Assembly (NCBI GenBank): GCA_040753435.1
Contig: JBFMEN010000029.1
Span: 8,173 to 72,172 of the forward strand
Direction: 5' to 3'
Length of the DNA: 64,000 nucleotides
DNA from: Candidatus Omnitrophota bacterium
GTDB taxonomy: Bacteria; Omnitrophota; Gorgyraeia; Zapsychrales; JANLHA01
Positions within the stretch are counted from its first letter, which is position 1. Every line of letters begins with the position of its first letter. This document shows, piece after piece, positions 38,701 to 47,759 of the stretch. The notes under the pieces are model-generated. The model was not told the origin of the DNA. It saw only the letters and a list, made by a program, of their open reading frames with translations, and did not search any database. Both the position numbers and the translations under genes were made by a program.

Positions 38701-41700
38701 GGAGTTCCATCCGGGCTGGATCCGAAAGAGGCGGAGAGAAGGTTGCAACTTGAAGGAAAAATAGAGGAAAAGAAATCTCGTTTAGGCGCGGTCAGCATGA
38801 TCCGGGCGGTAATTCAAACTGGATATGATATTGAGAAATGGCAGGATGTGCTGAGAAAGAGAATGACGGGCGAGAAGGATGAGGAAGTTCTGGCAGCGAT
38901 TAAAGAGACGCTCGCGATGGTGGATATTTATGAAAAAATCCGTCAAAACGATTTGGACGGTTTTGGGAAATTGATTTCCTCGGCGGATTTGAAAATGATC
39001 GGCGCGGTGTTCGAAGCTGTTACCGTTATGGGAAATCGGACTGGAGTGGTGGATAAAAACAGAGAGGAAGAAGTCAAGCGAAGGGAACGCCTTAAACAGC
39101 GGTGGGATCAATTGGTGAATCGCCGGAAAGTTCTGGAAGAGCTGCTTGAGGTGCTGAAGGAGCAGGAGACGCTTGGATTGCCCGGAGGGGCGTCCCTTTT
39201 TGAAGAAGAAAAAAATATTTTTTCCAGCGAGCGGAAGGAAAAACTGATTCAGAATATGGTGGCTCGGGAAACAGAGATTGAACGGGCGTTAATGACTGTT
39301 GGTGGTGGTTTCTGGAGAAACCGTTTAGCCGCGACCAAGGCAGTTCAGAGATTGATTGAAGCCGGACTGGGTGTTCAAAAAAGGGTCGGCTTTTTGGAGC
39401 AGAGAATTAAAATTGAAGACAATATTGATGTTTTAAACGCTATGGCAGCAGCGTTGGGCGCGGGTTACCGGGCTGGGGCTGCGGTTGGGTTAACTGGAAC
39501 AAAATTTGAGGAAATACTTGAAATCGAAAAAGATCACGGGGCGATTCGGAGCCCCGCAGCCAAATGGGTTTTGATCAGGAATGTTAAAATGATCCAGAGT
39601 TTGATTGAAGGCGGACATGGTGATGAGAAATGGGTCCGTCTTTTAGAACAAAGGATCGCGGTTGAAACAGATGAGGAAGTTCGGAATGTTTTAAGTGAAG
39701 CTTTGGGCAGCGGATACCGGGCCGGGATTTCTGTCGGGATGAATGAGTCGGACATTGAAGCATCTTTTCAAAAAGGGAAAGGCGGAGAAATTTACAAGAT
39801 CAGGGCTTTAATCAGGGGCGGGCATGGGAAATGGGTTGATTTTTTGGAGGAAAGAGTCAGGAAAGAAGAAAAGGACACAGCTGCCTTTTTGGGGTTGGGG
39901 AAACTTTTAGGAGAGGTTTATCAATCCGGCATTCCGACCGGCGTGGATCCGGATGTGATGATAACATTGTTGAATTCAGGAAATGGCATGACGGACAGGT
40001 TTACCCGCTTAAGTTTAGTCAGGATGATCAGAGGATTAATTGAAGGAGGGCAGGATGTCGGGGTCTGGGTGAAAGCTTTGGAAGAAAGGATGAAAAAAGA
40101 AACAAATTATGATGTTCTTCAAAGCATTGGCGAGGCTTTGGGGGCCGCATATCGTTCCGGCGCCCATGTCGGTTTGGATCTGGATACGATTAAGAGTAAG
40201 TTAAATTTTGAAGGTGAAGATGCCAATGCCGGGTGGCCGGTTCGTTTCGGCGCAGCCAGGATGATTCAGGGCCTGATTGAAAGAGGATACAACGTTGAGC
40301 AATTGATGATTATGATAAAAGAGCGAGTGAGAGACGAAGAAATAAATATCGATGTCCAACGGGCGCTTCAGGAAACACTCGCGATGGCGGGTATTTATGA
40401 AAAAATCCGTCAGAACGATCTGGACGGTTTTGGGAAATGGATTTCCTCGGCGAATTTGACAACGGTTATTGCGGCGGTAGAGGTTCTTGACGCTATGAGA
40501 TCGGAAGGAAAAAATATTCTTTGGCGTGAATGGAAGGAGAAGTTATATCAGAGCGTTGTGTCACGGAAAGCCGGATTGTCCTTGACTTCCCATGTGGAAG
40601 ACAGGAAAGGGCTTTTAGTTAAAGTCGGGATCATCCAGCGGTTGATTGAAGCGGGACAGGATGTTCAAAAATGGGTCGGTCTTCTGGAGGATGAAATTTG
40701 GGATGAAGTGAGGCCGGATGTTGTAATGGCCATGGGAGAAGCGCTGGGGGCTGGTTACCGGAAAGGAGCCGTGACCGCTTTAACCGAAGAAATGATTGCA
40801 GGGATGCTTAATGACGACTCTGGCGATGAGTCCTGGAAAAAAAGAGTCGGAGCAGCCCGGATGATGCAAGGGTTGATTGAGAGCGGGAATGAACCTGCAA
40901 AATGGGCTGCTATTTTGGAACAGAGATTAAGGACGGGAATCGATGGCACTTGGGTTTTAAATGCTCTTGGGGATGCGCTGGCTGCCGCATATAGAAGAGG
41001 AATTCCTGCTGCTTGGGATGAAGAAACGATCAAAACGAATTTCATCGGAAAAGACGATGATTGGAATAAAGGCTTTATCGCGGCTAATGTGATTAAAAGG
41101 CTGATTGAGGATGGCCAGGAAGTTGAGAAATGGGTCAGGTTTTTGGAACAGAATGTTGATTTTACAAAAAATGACAGTTTTTTAAGAAGTTCGATTGAGA
41201 CGTTGGCAACGGGATACCGATCCGGAATTTCCTCAGGGTTGCAACCGAATATAATCTTTGATGTACTTAATTTCGGAGCAGATTCTTCAGGGTGGGGAAT
41301 TCGTTTCGCCGCGGCCGGGTTGGTTGGGAGCTTAATTGAAAGCGGGCAGGCTCGCGAAAAATGGGTTGGTGTTTTGGAACTCAGGATTTTTGGGGAAGAA
41401 GATTTTCGTGTTTTGCGGGCTTTAAGCGATGCCCTGGGAGCGGGATACCGGGCCGGAGTTCCGGTCGGGCTGGATCCGGAAGATGTTGAGAAAGGGATTG
41501 ATCTTGAAGGGGAGACAGGGGAACAGAAATTTCGTTTTCGCGAGGTTAGCCTGATCGGGGCGTTCATTCAAGCCGGATATGATATTGAGAAATGGCGGGA
41601 TGTGCTGAAAAAGAGAATGGCGGTCGAGAAGGATGAGAATGTTCTATCGGTGATTAAAGAGACACTCACGACGGCGGTTGTCGATGAAAAAATCCGTCAA

Positions 41701-44700
41701 AACGATCTGGAAGGTTTCGGGAAATGGGTTTCCTTGGCGCATTTGACAACGATCAGGACGGCGTTAGAGGTTGTTAACACCATGGAAAAGCGGATGGGAT
41801 CGGTGGATAAAAACAGAGAGGAAGAAATCAAGCGAAGAGAACGCATTCAACAGCGGCGGGAGCAATTGATGGAGCGCCGGAAAGTCCTGGAAGAGTTGCT
41901 TGAGGTGTTAAGGGAACAGGAGGGGCTCGGGTTGACTGGAGGGGCGGTCTTTTCTGAAGAAGAAAAAAATATTTTTTCCCGTGAATGGAAGGAGAATTTA
42001 TATCAGAAAATTTTATCAAGGAAAGAAGAGATCAAAAAGGCGTTAGGTGCCGAAGATTTACAGATTCGACTTGACGCAGTTTCGGTCATCCGGGAGCTGA
42101 TTGAAAATGGGAAAGACATCGGGGAGTGGGTTGAAGTTTTGGAACAGCGGTTCAGGATTGAGGATGAGCCCAGGCTCGTCAAGGCTTTGGGGGAGGCGCT
42201 TGGATCCGCTTACCGGACAGGGGTGCCATGCGGCCTGAGCGAAGAGGAAACAAGAAAAAAGCTTGATCCATCGAACTGGGAGGCGAGTCATTTTGAATTA
42301 ATGCGATTTGGAGCAATCAAGCTGATCCATGGACTTATAGAAGGAGGGCATGATAAAGAAAAATGGGTTCGTATTTTAGAAGAAAAATTTTCTTTGTCTG
42401 AGGCCTCAGCTGCCTCGATAGCTTTAGCTGAGGCTCTGGTTGAGGGCTATCGGGACGGGGTCGCGCCTGGATTAAAGGAAGAAGGGCTTGAGACGATGCT
42501 TACTTTCGGAGAGGGGGATGGCTTTTGGCGGTTTCGCCTCGCCGCAATTAAAGTCATTAAATTTTTGATTGAAAAAGGAGAGAATGTCCCGAAGTGGGTT
42601 GAAATGTTGGAGAAGCGAATCCTCGTGGAAAAGAATGATACGGTTATGAAAGCGCTTAGTGAGGCGCTGGGTATCGGATACAGGGCGGGAGCCCCAGCCG
42701 GATTGAACGAAACATTGATCAATACGAGCCTTGGGATAGGAAGCAGTGTAATGCGAAAGAGGGAAGTCAGAAAAATCCAGAGCTTGATTGAAGGAGGACG
42801 GGATATCGGGAAGTGGGTTGCTGTTTTGGAGATGCGGATTAATGTTGAAACAAATACGGAAGTTTTAAGTGCGCTCGCGGAAGCGTTAAGCGCGGGTTAC
42901 CGTGCCGGTGCTGCGGTCGGGCTAAACGAAACAGCGATTCTGGCGGGATTGAATCCAGGGAAAAATGAAGAAGAAGGAGTGCGGGCGGTCAAAATGATCC
43001 AAAGCCTGATTGATGCGGGGCTCAATGTCGAAAAATGGGTACGGGTTTTGGAACACAAAATGAAAGAGGAAAACCGCGATCGTGTTGTGCAGGTTATGGA
43101 AGATGCCGTAATTGCGGGTTATCAGGGCGGAGTTTCTGTCGGTTTGGACAAAGAAACGGTGATGAAGATGCTTTATTGGGAAAAAGATGTTTTAAGCTGG
43201 GAAATTCGGTTGAGAGCAGGCCGGATCATTCAGGCCTTGATTCAGGAAGGCCGTGAGATCGAGACCTGGGTGGCCATATTGAAATCGAGGAAAAAAAGAG
43301 AGAGAACGTGGGATGTTTCATCGGCGCTTCAGGAAACGATCGAGACGGCAGATGCTTATAAAAAAATTCGTCAGAACGATCTGGAGGATTTCGGTAAATG
43401 GCTCTCTTCGGCGGATTTGAAAATGATCGACCCGGTGTTCAAAGCTGTTAACGTCATGGAAAACCGGGCTGGAGTGGTGGATAAAAACAGAGAGGAAGAA
43501 ATCAAGCGAAGGGAACGCCTTCAACAGCGGCAGGATCAATTGGTTAATCGTCGGAAAGTCCTGGAAGAGTTGCTTGAGGTATTGAAGCAGCTGGAAACAG
43601 TGAAAACAACATTTGTCAGGACACGGCAATGGACTTCGGCAGAAACCGGGACAGTGGCAGAGATGAAAAAGCAAACGGTTGAGGTTCTCCGGGCCAAAGA
43701 ACAAGAGATGATGGAGGAGTCGTTTTCAAAAGAGAAGGCAAGATTAATTCAATTGTTGATTGAAAATGGAAGTGACGTTGAGAAGAGGAAGTGGGTAGGG
43801 ATATTGGAAGAACGGGCAAAGAGTGAAACAGACATTGACGTTGCTCGTTCCTTGGGAGCTGCTCTTGGAGCGGGATACCGTGCCGGGGTTCTTCCGGGTT
43901 TAACGGAAGCAGAGATTCAAAACAATTTAAATATTGCCTGGATTGGGGGAATTCGGTTCGGTGCTGTAAAGATGATTCAAGGGTTGATTGAAAAAGGAAT
44001 TAACGTTGAGGCGTGGGTAAGGATATTGGAAAAACGGGTAAAGATTGAAACAGACAATGACGTTGCTCGTTCCTTGGGAGCTGCTCTTGGAGCGGGATAC
44101 CGTGCCAGGGTTCTTCCGGGTTTAACGGAAGCAGAGATTCAGAAAAATTTAAATACCGGAAACGGCACTGATAATTGCGGTATTCGTTTCATTGCAGTGA
44201 AGATGATTCAGGGGTTGATGGAAAACGGTCAGGATGTTGAGAAGTGGGTGAGAGCATTGGAAGAATGGGCAAAGAGTGAAACAGAAGCAGATGTTATTCT
44301 CGCGCTGGAGGAAGCGCTTGTAGCGGGATATCGGGCCGGAGTACTTGCGGGATTAAAGGAAGAAGAGATTAAAGAAAATTTGAACAGCGTGGTTTGGAAT
44401 ATTCGTTTCATTGCCGTGAAGATGATTCAGGGGTTGATTGAAAACGGTCGGGATGTTGCGAAGTGGGTGAGAGCGTTGGAAGAACGGGCAAAGAGTGAAA
44501 CAGATGGAGATGTTATTTTCGCCTTGGTAGAAGCGCTTGTAGCGGGATACAAGACTGGAGTTTTTCCGGGATTAACGGAAACAGAGATTCAGCGAAATTT
44601 AAATGCTGGAAACGACTCTGAAGATTGGAATATTCGTTTGATTGCAGTGAAGATGATTCAGGGGTTGATTGAAAACGGTCAGGATGCTGAGAAGTGGGTG

Positions 44701-46872
44701 AGAGCATTGGAAGAATGGGCAAAGAGTGAAAAAGATGCAGATGTTATTTTCGCCTTGGGAGAAGCGCTCGGAGTGGGATACCGTACCGGGATTTCTGTGG
44801 GATTAACGGAAACAGAGATTCAGAAAAATTTAAATACCGGAAACAGCGCTGAGAATTGGAAAATTCGTTTTTCTGCCGTGAAGATAATTCAGGGGTTGAT
44901 TGAAAACGGTCAGGATGGTGAGAAGTGGATGAAGATATTGGAAGAACGGGTAAAGACTGAAAGCAATGAAAATGTTTTACAGGCGATGGGCGAGGCGATG
45001 GCGCGGGGTTTTATTCAGAAAGAAGACAGCGAGGGTTTTGCCCTGTGGGGTTCGACAGTTAATGCTTCAGTCTTGTCCGGAGTGCTGACTGCTCTGCAAA
45101 AGGCGAAGAATGAAGAAGAGGAGATTAGACAGCGGTCATTTGAAACAGTGGATAAAGACAAACTGATTGAGCGCAAGGCTGTTTTGGAAGAATTGCTTGA
45201 GGTATTGAAGCAGCTGGAAACAGTGGAAACAACATTTGTCAGGACACGGCAATGGAATTCGGCAGAAACCGGGACAGCGGCTGAGATGAAAAAGCAAATG
45301 GTTGAGGTTCTCCGGGCCAAAGAACAAGAGATGATGGAGGGGCTGTTTTCAAAAGAGCAGGTTAGGTTGATTCAGGTGTTGATTGAAAACAGGCAGGACG
45401 CTGAAAAGTGGATGAGAAGGCTGGAAGAACAGGCAAAGAGTGAAGCAGATACAGACACTGTTTTCGCCTTGGGAGAAGCGCTTGCAGCGGGATACCGGGC
45501 CGGAGTACTTGCGGGATTAAAGGAAGAAGAGATTAAAGAAAATTTGAATACCGGGAATGGCAATGTAGATTGGAAAATTCGTTTCATTGCAGTGAAGATA
45601 ATCCAGGGGTTGATTGAAAGCGGTCAGGATGTTGAGAAGAGGAAGTGGGTGGGGATATTGGAAAAACGGGTAAAGATTGAAGCAGACGCAGATGTTATTC
45701 GTGCCTTGGGAGAAGCGCTTGGAGCGGGAGACAAAGCAGGCGTGTCTGTGAGATTAACGGAAACAGAGATTCTGGAAAATTTGAATAACGGAAATGGTAC
45801 GGAGAATTGGAAAATTCGTTTCAGTGCCGTGAAGATGATTCAGGGGTTGATTGAAAATGAGAAGGACGTTGAGAAGTGGGTCAGGATATTGGAAAAACGG
45901 GCAAAGATTGAAACAGATGGATCTGTTGTTCTCGCCTTGGGAGAGGCGCTTGGAGCGGGATACCGTGCCGGGGTTCCTGCGGGATTAACGGAAACAGAGA
46001 TTGAAGAAAATTTAAATGCTCCATGGACTTGGGGGAGTCGGTTCATTGCCGTGAAGATGATTCAGGGGTTGATTGAAAATGAGAAGGAAGTTGAGAAGTG
46101 GGTCAGGATATTGGAAAAACGGGTAAAGATTGAAATAGGTGGAGATGTTGTCCTTGCTTTGGGAGAAGCGCTCGGAGCAGGATACAAGGCCGGTGCTTCT
46201 GCGGGATTAACGGAAACAGAGATTAAAGAAAATTTGACTAATTTGACTAATGATGAGGATCAGAGATTTCGTTTTTCTGCCGTGAAGATAATTCAGGGGT
46301 TGATTGAAAACGGTCAGGATGGTGAGAAGTGGATGAAGGTATTGGAAGACCGGGTAAAGACTGAAAGAAATGAAAGCGTTTTACAGGCGGTGGGCGAGGC
46401 GATGGCGCGGGGTTTTATTCAGAAAGAAGACAGCGAGGGTTTTGCCCTGTGGGGTTCGACAGTTAATGCTTCAGTCTTGTCCGGAGTGCTGACCGCTCTA
46501 AAAGAGGCGATGAAAGAAGAAGAGAATCCAGATGGGACGCTTCTTCAGCAAACATTGCGAAAAAAGTTTGACAGCCTGAAGAAACAATTACGATCTCTTG
46601 AAGATGGGAATTCCATTGGAAAAAAAGCGGATTCCGCGATTTTGACGGAAGATAAAGACGGGAATAGAGATAAGGCTGGAATAAAACCTCCCGGAGGGAT
46701 TGATCTTAACCCGCAAGGAATGGAAATGGAGATTCAGGGAAATGGCGGTTTTCAATGGGATTTGCCTGCGAATTTTGATTTGGAGAGCATAGAGGGTCTG
46801 ACTCCTGTCATCATTGAAATCGCTCCGGGTTCTTTTCCGGTTTCCTTGTTGCAACTGGTTCAGGCAAAGTGA
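32773..46872 (+). CDS. Giant protein part 3: HEAT-like repeats, tandem AAA+ modules, seven repeat super-blocks, C-terminal GGIDLN motif
   Basis: 4699-codon open frame; Walker A GETGLGKD (33562-33585) and GKPGAGKS (34750-34773); W..RF.AVKMIQGLIE...KWV..LE.R...ALGAGYRAG repeats; PGGIDLNP...IEGLTPVII C-terminus. Confidence 0.85.
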   Translation: MGSSLAAVKMIQGLIESKIDVAKWVRMWVRILEERFKVETERDVLGAVVEALAAGYKAGAPVGITDAGIEERLNTENWGGRLAAVKMIQGFIERRIAVAKWVRILEERFKVETDPEVLIAWGEALAAGYGEGAPVGLTDAVSSGEWRSLREFGKSSETKEINGDNGERIFENAQGLRWKINEEGNFQISQNNGQFIPLKQNLEGNGPRDLYEIDASRILAFDQISETVNVLVKENDAWRVEHELMMEEEDRANSWDGVMLRLIGETGLGKDEITLAAANLIGEEVYVAVGNSDMDVEDLVTGFQSLGGQEKGTSGVEPSGLNKVMHNGGWYIIREAHKLRPGVFNALKSHVSAKDHKWPVMRDGIERFETIQNNPRARVVLSVNRIRKGITGASTETNGPMQDRERDLEFYWLEPDDEVDLQVEYALAMAREKGLHSDDWETFEDQVRKDARELVDIAAQLRLTFAGYNAEQQAEILRDWNLIDSKNLVQKMVKDSRIKQLFESGPAFETGEMLKRPPSPRVVKNILQHLILFPKDRRYRSFEIVKKYYNFHAEISGELEEAAIEKFTEWESKRPDSHPVKLTEKSFIVDGQDLIIRPEPEADGTTYWDEVRVPLHSKASIRTRGVPGEVLDWIKSGANAQNLYSYLQGRALGKHWIFVGKPGAGKSTMIAAIQKLLNAPGSMKLEITEETRKDHLTYSRNIKEFETRFTKEVLPSAMEDEYGEGQILNLTESTQGRPSMLSLLNEVSERNELPDPNSKTQVKKAKRGFGTIHDINPPGTADRLKAFPDDFIERHMIMWFDTPPSDQVTMYLEEAGQGRTFPEDIKFQVHPSLIGQPRQDANGNSEKYDDGEIKYTGIVGIGQEINRKLMEDPYFFPKDREISYRNLQAFVKAIVAYYERDISMGNTPQDVILNLFMETFTLEGKPGKMLEWRTNILKVFQDLGLYDPQAGQDDGSGGIVPDAIEKFLNKEGVLVQNLPVLKEPDSGYLNIDRILRFLQTNTVGLGIRRNLDELSSEAGKLLSAETKESLSKWNALPVSEKARRLRAIREIYDVLGLIKENRFDSKQGPAYQSEEQVRLGAIIEQIVSVIVVQWNWPQEIFTRADLTETAKMSLTEILDRQRDRFPEISNAIYKVMLSDGKKEYLDELEKEIAKKGKDVSALKEIVNILKQTRALFFQNLIKSLNQKIREEELAVSNRQPDAPDQGNWTRAQVEEDLARVNQSLAGIEKERGSLINNEVKNISLREGRDKLLQRISLRKEALLSDVQKQDGNDFDWEIRLRAVRIIQSLVEAGDDSWDMLLEERIMREDDFDVLEALGEALGAAYRAGADVGLDEENIHLGLEAQEDEIRFGAVMMIRALIEGGNDIEKWVRLLEKAIEKEEEFAVLRAMGDVLGMGYQAGVSSGLNKTTVRRQLNSDKGSESRAIQKIRALIKGGDAATRQRWVRILEKRILIEEEPSLVKGLGEVLGIAYKEGVRCGLDKAKIQSMIQTPGGSPNSDFRLGALQMIRGLIEKGMDVGHWVEVLEKAISVEMDQKLLDLMGDALAVGYQAGAPVGLDENFIKAGLEVRGIDHWEGHRLGAVKSIRALIQGGHDVEKWSNVLAERRAKEDSPIVVPAIQEAMEMGVAYEKIRRGDWESLAEWSSLTDLSSAYEALRAINAMSARKQNSFSSEWKDLLIQKIRARESELTLNSSQEDWKMLVVTVRIIQRLIESGDDAEKWVGFLEDEIRDEVRPDVLMAFGEALGAVYRKGAPFGLREGMIRVMLNDDAYWKTRAGAARMIQGLIESGQTPKKWVSVLKRRLKSESDVDVLHLIGKALAAAYRRGLLAGGDETRIKRDVEGINADWDKGFIALNVIKSLIEDGQEVEKWVRFLESKIKTEQDDSILRVMIEALGAGYRFGIPVELDVDTIKEILSFKEDVIDWEIRFAADGLVLELIKRRHLPGTLVNLLEQQMLVETHSRVLPALSEALEAGYRAGVPSGLDPKEAERRLQLEGKIEEKKSRLGAVSMIRAVIQTGYDIEKWQDVLRKRMTGEKDEEVLAAIKETLAMVDIYEKIRQNDLDGFGKLISSADLKMIGAVFEAVTVMGNRTGVVDKNREEEVKRRERLKQRWDQLVNRRKVLEELLEVLKEQETLGLPGGASLFEEEKNIFSSERKEKLIQNMVARETEIERALMTVGGGFWRNRLAATKAVQRLIEAGLGVQKRVGFLEQRIKIEDNIDVLNAMAAALGAGYRAGAAVGLTGTKFEEILEIEKDHGAIRSPAAKWVLIRNVKMIQSLIEGGHGDEKWVRLLEQRIAVETDEEVRNVLSEALGSGYRAGISVGMNESDIEASFQKGKGGEIYKIRALIRGGHGKWVDFLEERVRKEEKDTAAFLGLGKLLGEVYQSGIPTGVDPDVMITLLNSGNGMTDRFTRLSLVRMIRGLIEGGQDVGVWVKALEERMKKETNYDVLQSIGEALGAAYRSGAHVGLDLDTIKSKLNFEGEDANAGWPVRFGAARMIQGLIERGYNVEQLMIMIKERVRDEEINIDVQRALQETLAMAGIYEKIRQNDLDGFGKWISSANLTTVIAAVEVLDAMRSEGKNILWREWKEKLYQSVVSRKAGLSLTSHVEDRKGLLVKVGIIQRLIEAGQDVQKWVGLLEDEIWDEVRPDVVMAMGEALGAGYRKGAVTALTEEMIAGMLNDDSGDESWKKRVGAARMMQGLIESGNEPAKWAAILEQRLRTGIDGTWVLNALGDALAAAYRRGIPAAWDEETIKTNFIGKDDDWNKGFIAANVIKRLIEDGQEVEKWVRFLEQNVDFTKNDSFLRSSIETLATGYRSGISSGLQPNIIFDVLNFGADSSGWGIRFAAAGLVGSLIESGQAREKWVGVLELRIFGEEDFRVLRALSDALGAGYRAGVPVGLDPEDVEKGIDLEGETGEQKFRFREVSLIGAFIQAGYDIEKWRDVLKKRMAVEKDENVLSVIKETLTTAVVDEKIRQNDLEGFGKWVSLAHLTTIRTALEVVNTMEKRMGSVDKNREEEIKRRERIQQRREQLMERRKVLEELLEVLREQEGLGLTGGAVFSEEEKNIFSREWKENLYQKILSRKEEIKKALGAEDLQIRLDAVSVIRELIENGKDIGEWVEVLEQRFRIEDEPRLVKALGEALGSAYRTGVPCGLSEEETRKKLDPSNWEASHFELMRFGAIKLIHGLIEGGHDKEKWVRILEEKFSLSEASAASIALAEALVEGYRDGVAPGLKEEGLETMLTFGEGDGFWRFRLAAIKVIKFLIEKGENVPKWVEMLEKRILVEKNDTVMKALSEALGIGYRAGAPAGLNETLINTSLGIGSSVMRKREVRKIQSLIEGGRDIGKWVAVLEMRINVETNTEVLSALAEALSAGYRAGAAVGLNETAILAGLNPGKNEEEGVRAVKMIQSLIDAGLNVEKWVRVLEHKMKEENRDRVVQVMEDAVIAGYQGGVSVGLDKETVMKMLYWEKDVLSWEIRLRAGRIIQALIQEGREIETWVAILKSRKKRERTWDVSSALQETIETADAYKKIRQNDLEDFGKWLSSADLKMIDPVFKAVNVMENRAGVVDKNREEEIKRRERLQQRQDQLVNRRKVLEELLEVLKQLETVKTTFVRTRQWTSAETGTVAEMKKQTVEVLRAKEQEMMEESFSKEKARLIQLLIENGSDVEKRKWVGILEERAKSETDIDVARSLGAALGAGYRAGVLPGLTEAEIQNNLNIAWIGGIRFGAVKMIQGLIEKGINVEAWVRILEKRVKIETDNDVARSLGAALGAGYRARVLPGLTEAEIQKNLNTGNGTDNCGIRFIAVKMIQGLMENGQDVEKWVRALEEWAKSETEADVILALEEALVAGYRAGVLAGLKEEEIKENLNSVVWNIRFIAVKMIQGLIENGRDVAKWVRALEERAKSETDGDVIFALVEALVAGYKTGVFPGLTETEIQRNLNAGNDSEDWNIRLIAVKMIQGLIENGQDAEKWVRALEEWAKSEKDADVIFALGEALGVGYRTGISVGLTETEIQKNLNTGNSAENWKIRFSAVKIIQGLIENGQDGEKWMKILEERVKTESNENVLQAMGEAMARGFIQKEDSEGFALWGSTVNASVLSGVLTALQKAKNEEEEIRQRSFETVDKDKLIERKAVLEELLEVLKQLETVETTFVRTRQWNSAETGTAAEMKKQMVEVLRAKEQEMMEGLFSKEQVRLIQVLIENRQDAEKWMRRLEEQAKSEADTDTVFALGEALAAGYRAGVLAGLKEEEIKENLNTGNGNVDWKIRFIAVKIIQGLIESGQDVEKRKWVGILEKRVKIEADADVIRALGEALGAGDKAGVSVRLTETEILENLNNGNGTENWKIRFSAVKMIQGLIENEKDVEKWVRILEKRAKIETDGSVVLALGEALGAGYRAGVPAGLTETEIEENLNAPWTWGSRFIAVKMIQGLIENEKEVEKWVRILEKRVKIEIGGDVVLALGEALGAGYKAGASAGLTETEIKENLTNLTNDEDQRFRFSAVKIIQGLIENGQDGEKWMKVLEDRVKTERNESVLQAVGEAMARGFIQKEDSEGFALWGSTVNASVLSGVLTALKEAMKEEENPDGTLLQQTLRKKFDSLKKQLRSLEDGNSIGKKADSAILTEDKDGNRDKAGIKPPGGIDLNPQGMEMEIQGNGGFQWDLPANFDLESIEGLTPVIIEIAPGSFPVSLLQLVQAK

Positions 46873-46996
46873 ACTTTTTCACAACAACACGTTTTTGTTT
46901 TTAAACACCTTCCTTTTTTATAAAAAAATAACCCTTTAAAAACTTTAATATCTTCATGAAAACAAACAATTTAGAGTGCTTTTTTGTCTGAAAAAA

Positions 46997-47012
46997 TGGC
47001 ACGAAAAATGCT
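46997..47012 (+). promoter_or_regulatory. Sigma54 (-24/-12) promoter
   Basis: TGGCACG-AAAA-ATGCT vs consensus TGGCACG-N4-TTGC, 54 bp before the PEP-CTERM ATG. Confidence 0.7.
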
Positions 47013-47065
47013 GTCTGACAGGTATTCAATAAAAACACAATGCCGTTTTTGAAAGGAGCCCCGAA

Positions 47066-47734
47066 ATGAAGAAGTTTTTATTAACCGCCGCGCTCGTCTG
47101 TCTGATTTTTGGAGTACCCCGGGAAGCAAACGCTCTTATCCATGTAGGAGATTTTGGCGAGTCCGGATGGCAGAATTTCAGTTTTACAGCCGCAAACTCT
47201 TTTAATGGAAACATAGGATTTTTAGTCAGCGACGTTGGGGACATCCTCGTGCCGTCAACATTGCTCATTGATAATATCGTTGTTCAAAATCAGGTTGTTC
47301 AAAGTTTTGAAGATGCCGCATTGCCGGGGACATGGTATGGAGACGCCTATTTGGTTAATAGTCATACAACGTACTATGGTTCGGAATACAATCCTACCAA
47401 CGGCAATCAGATGCTTTTTATGGATTCTGATGGTACAGATCCTGCGACAGGAAATCTCGGGGTAATAGCCGATACGTCTGCTTATGGCGGTACCGATGGC
47501 GTTTATGGATATATGCCGTTTGCCTTCCAGGCGGGCAATATAGTTTCTTTTGATTGGGCGTTTATAACCGAAGATTATTTACCGTACAATGATTTTTCAA
47601 TGTTTTTATTAATGGACGATCTCGGAGAATCAAGAACAACGCTGGCGGATGTCGGCGTTGTTCCGGAGCCCGCATCGCTGTCCTTGTTCGGTTTAGGGCT
47701 CGCAGGATTATTTTTGCGGAAGAAACGCGCATAA
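47066..47734 (+). CDS. PEP-CTERM sorting domain surface protein
   Basis: Signal peptide ending ANA; C-terminal VPEPASLSLFGLGLAGLFLRKKRA. Confidence 0.93.
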   Translation: MKKFLLTAALVCLIFGVPREANALIHVGDFGESGWQNFSFTAANSFNGNIGFLVSDVGDILVPSTLLIDNIVVQNQVVQSFEDAALPGTWYGDAYLVNSHTTYYGSEYNPTNGNQMLFMDSDGTDPATGNLGVIADTSAYGGTDGVYGYMPFAFQAGNIVSFDWAFITEDYLPYNDFSMFLLMDDLGESRTTLADVGVVPEPASLSLFGLGLAGLFLRKKRA

Positions 47735-47759
47735 TTACCGGGAAAATGATAATTTATTA

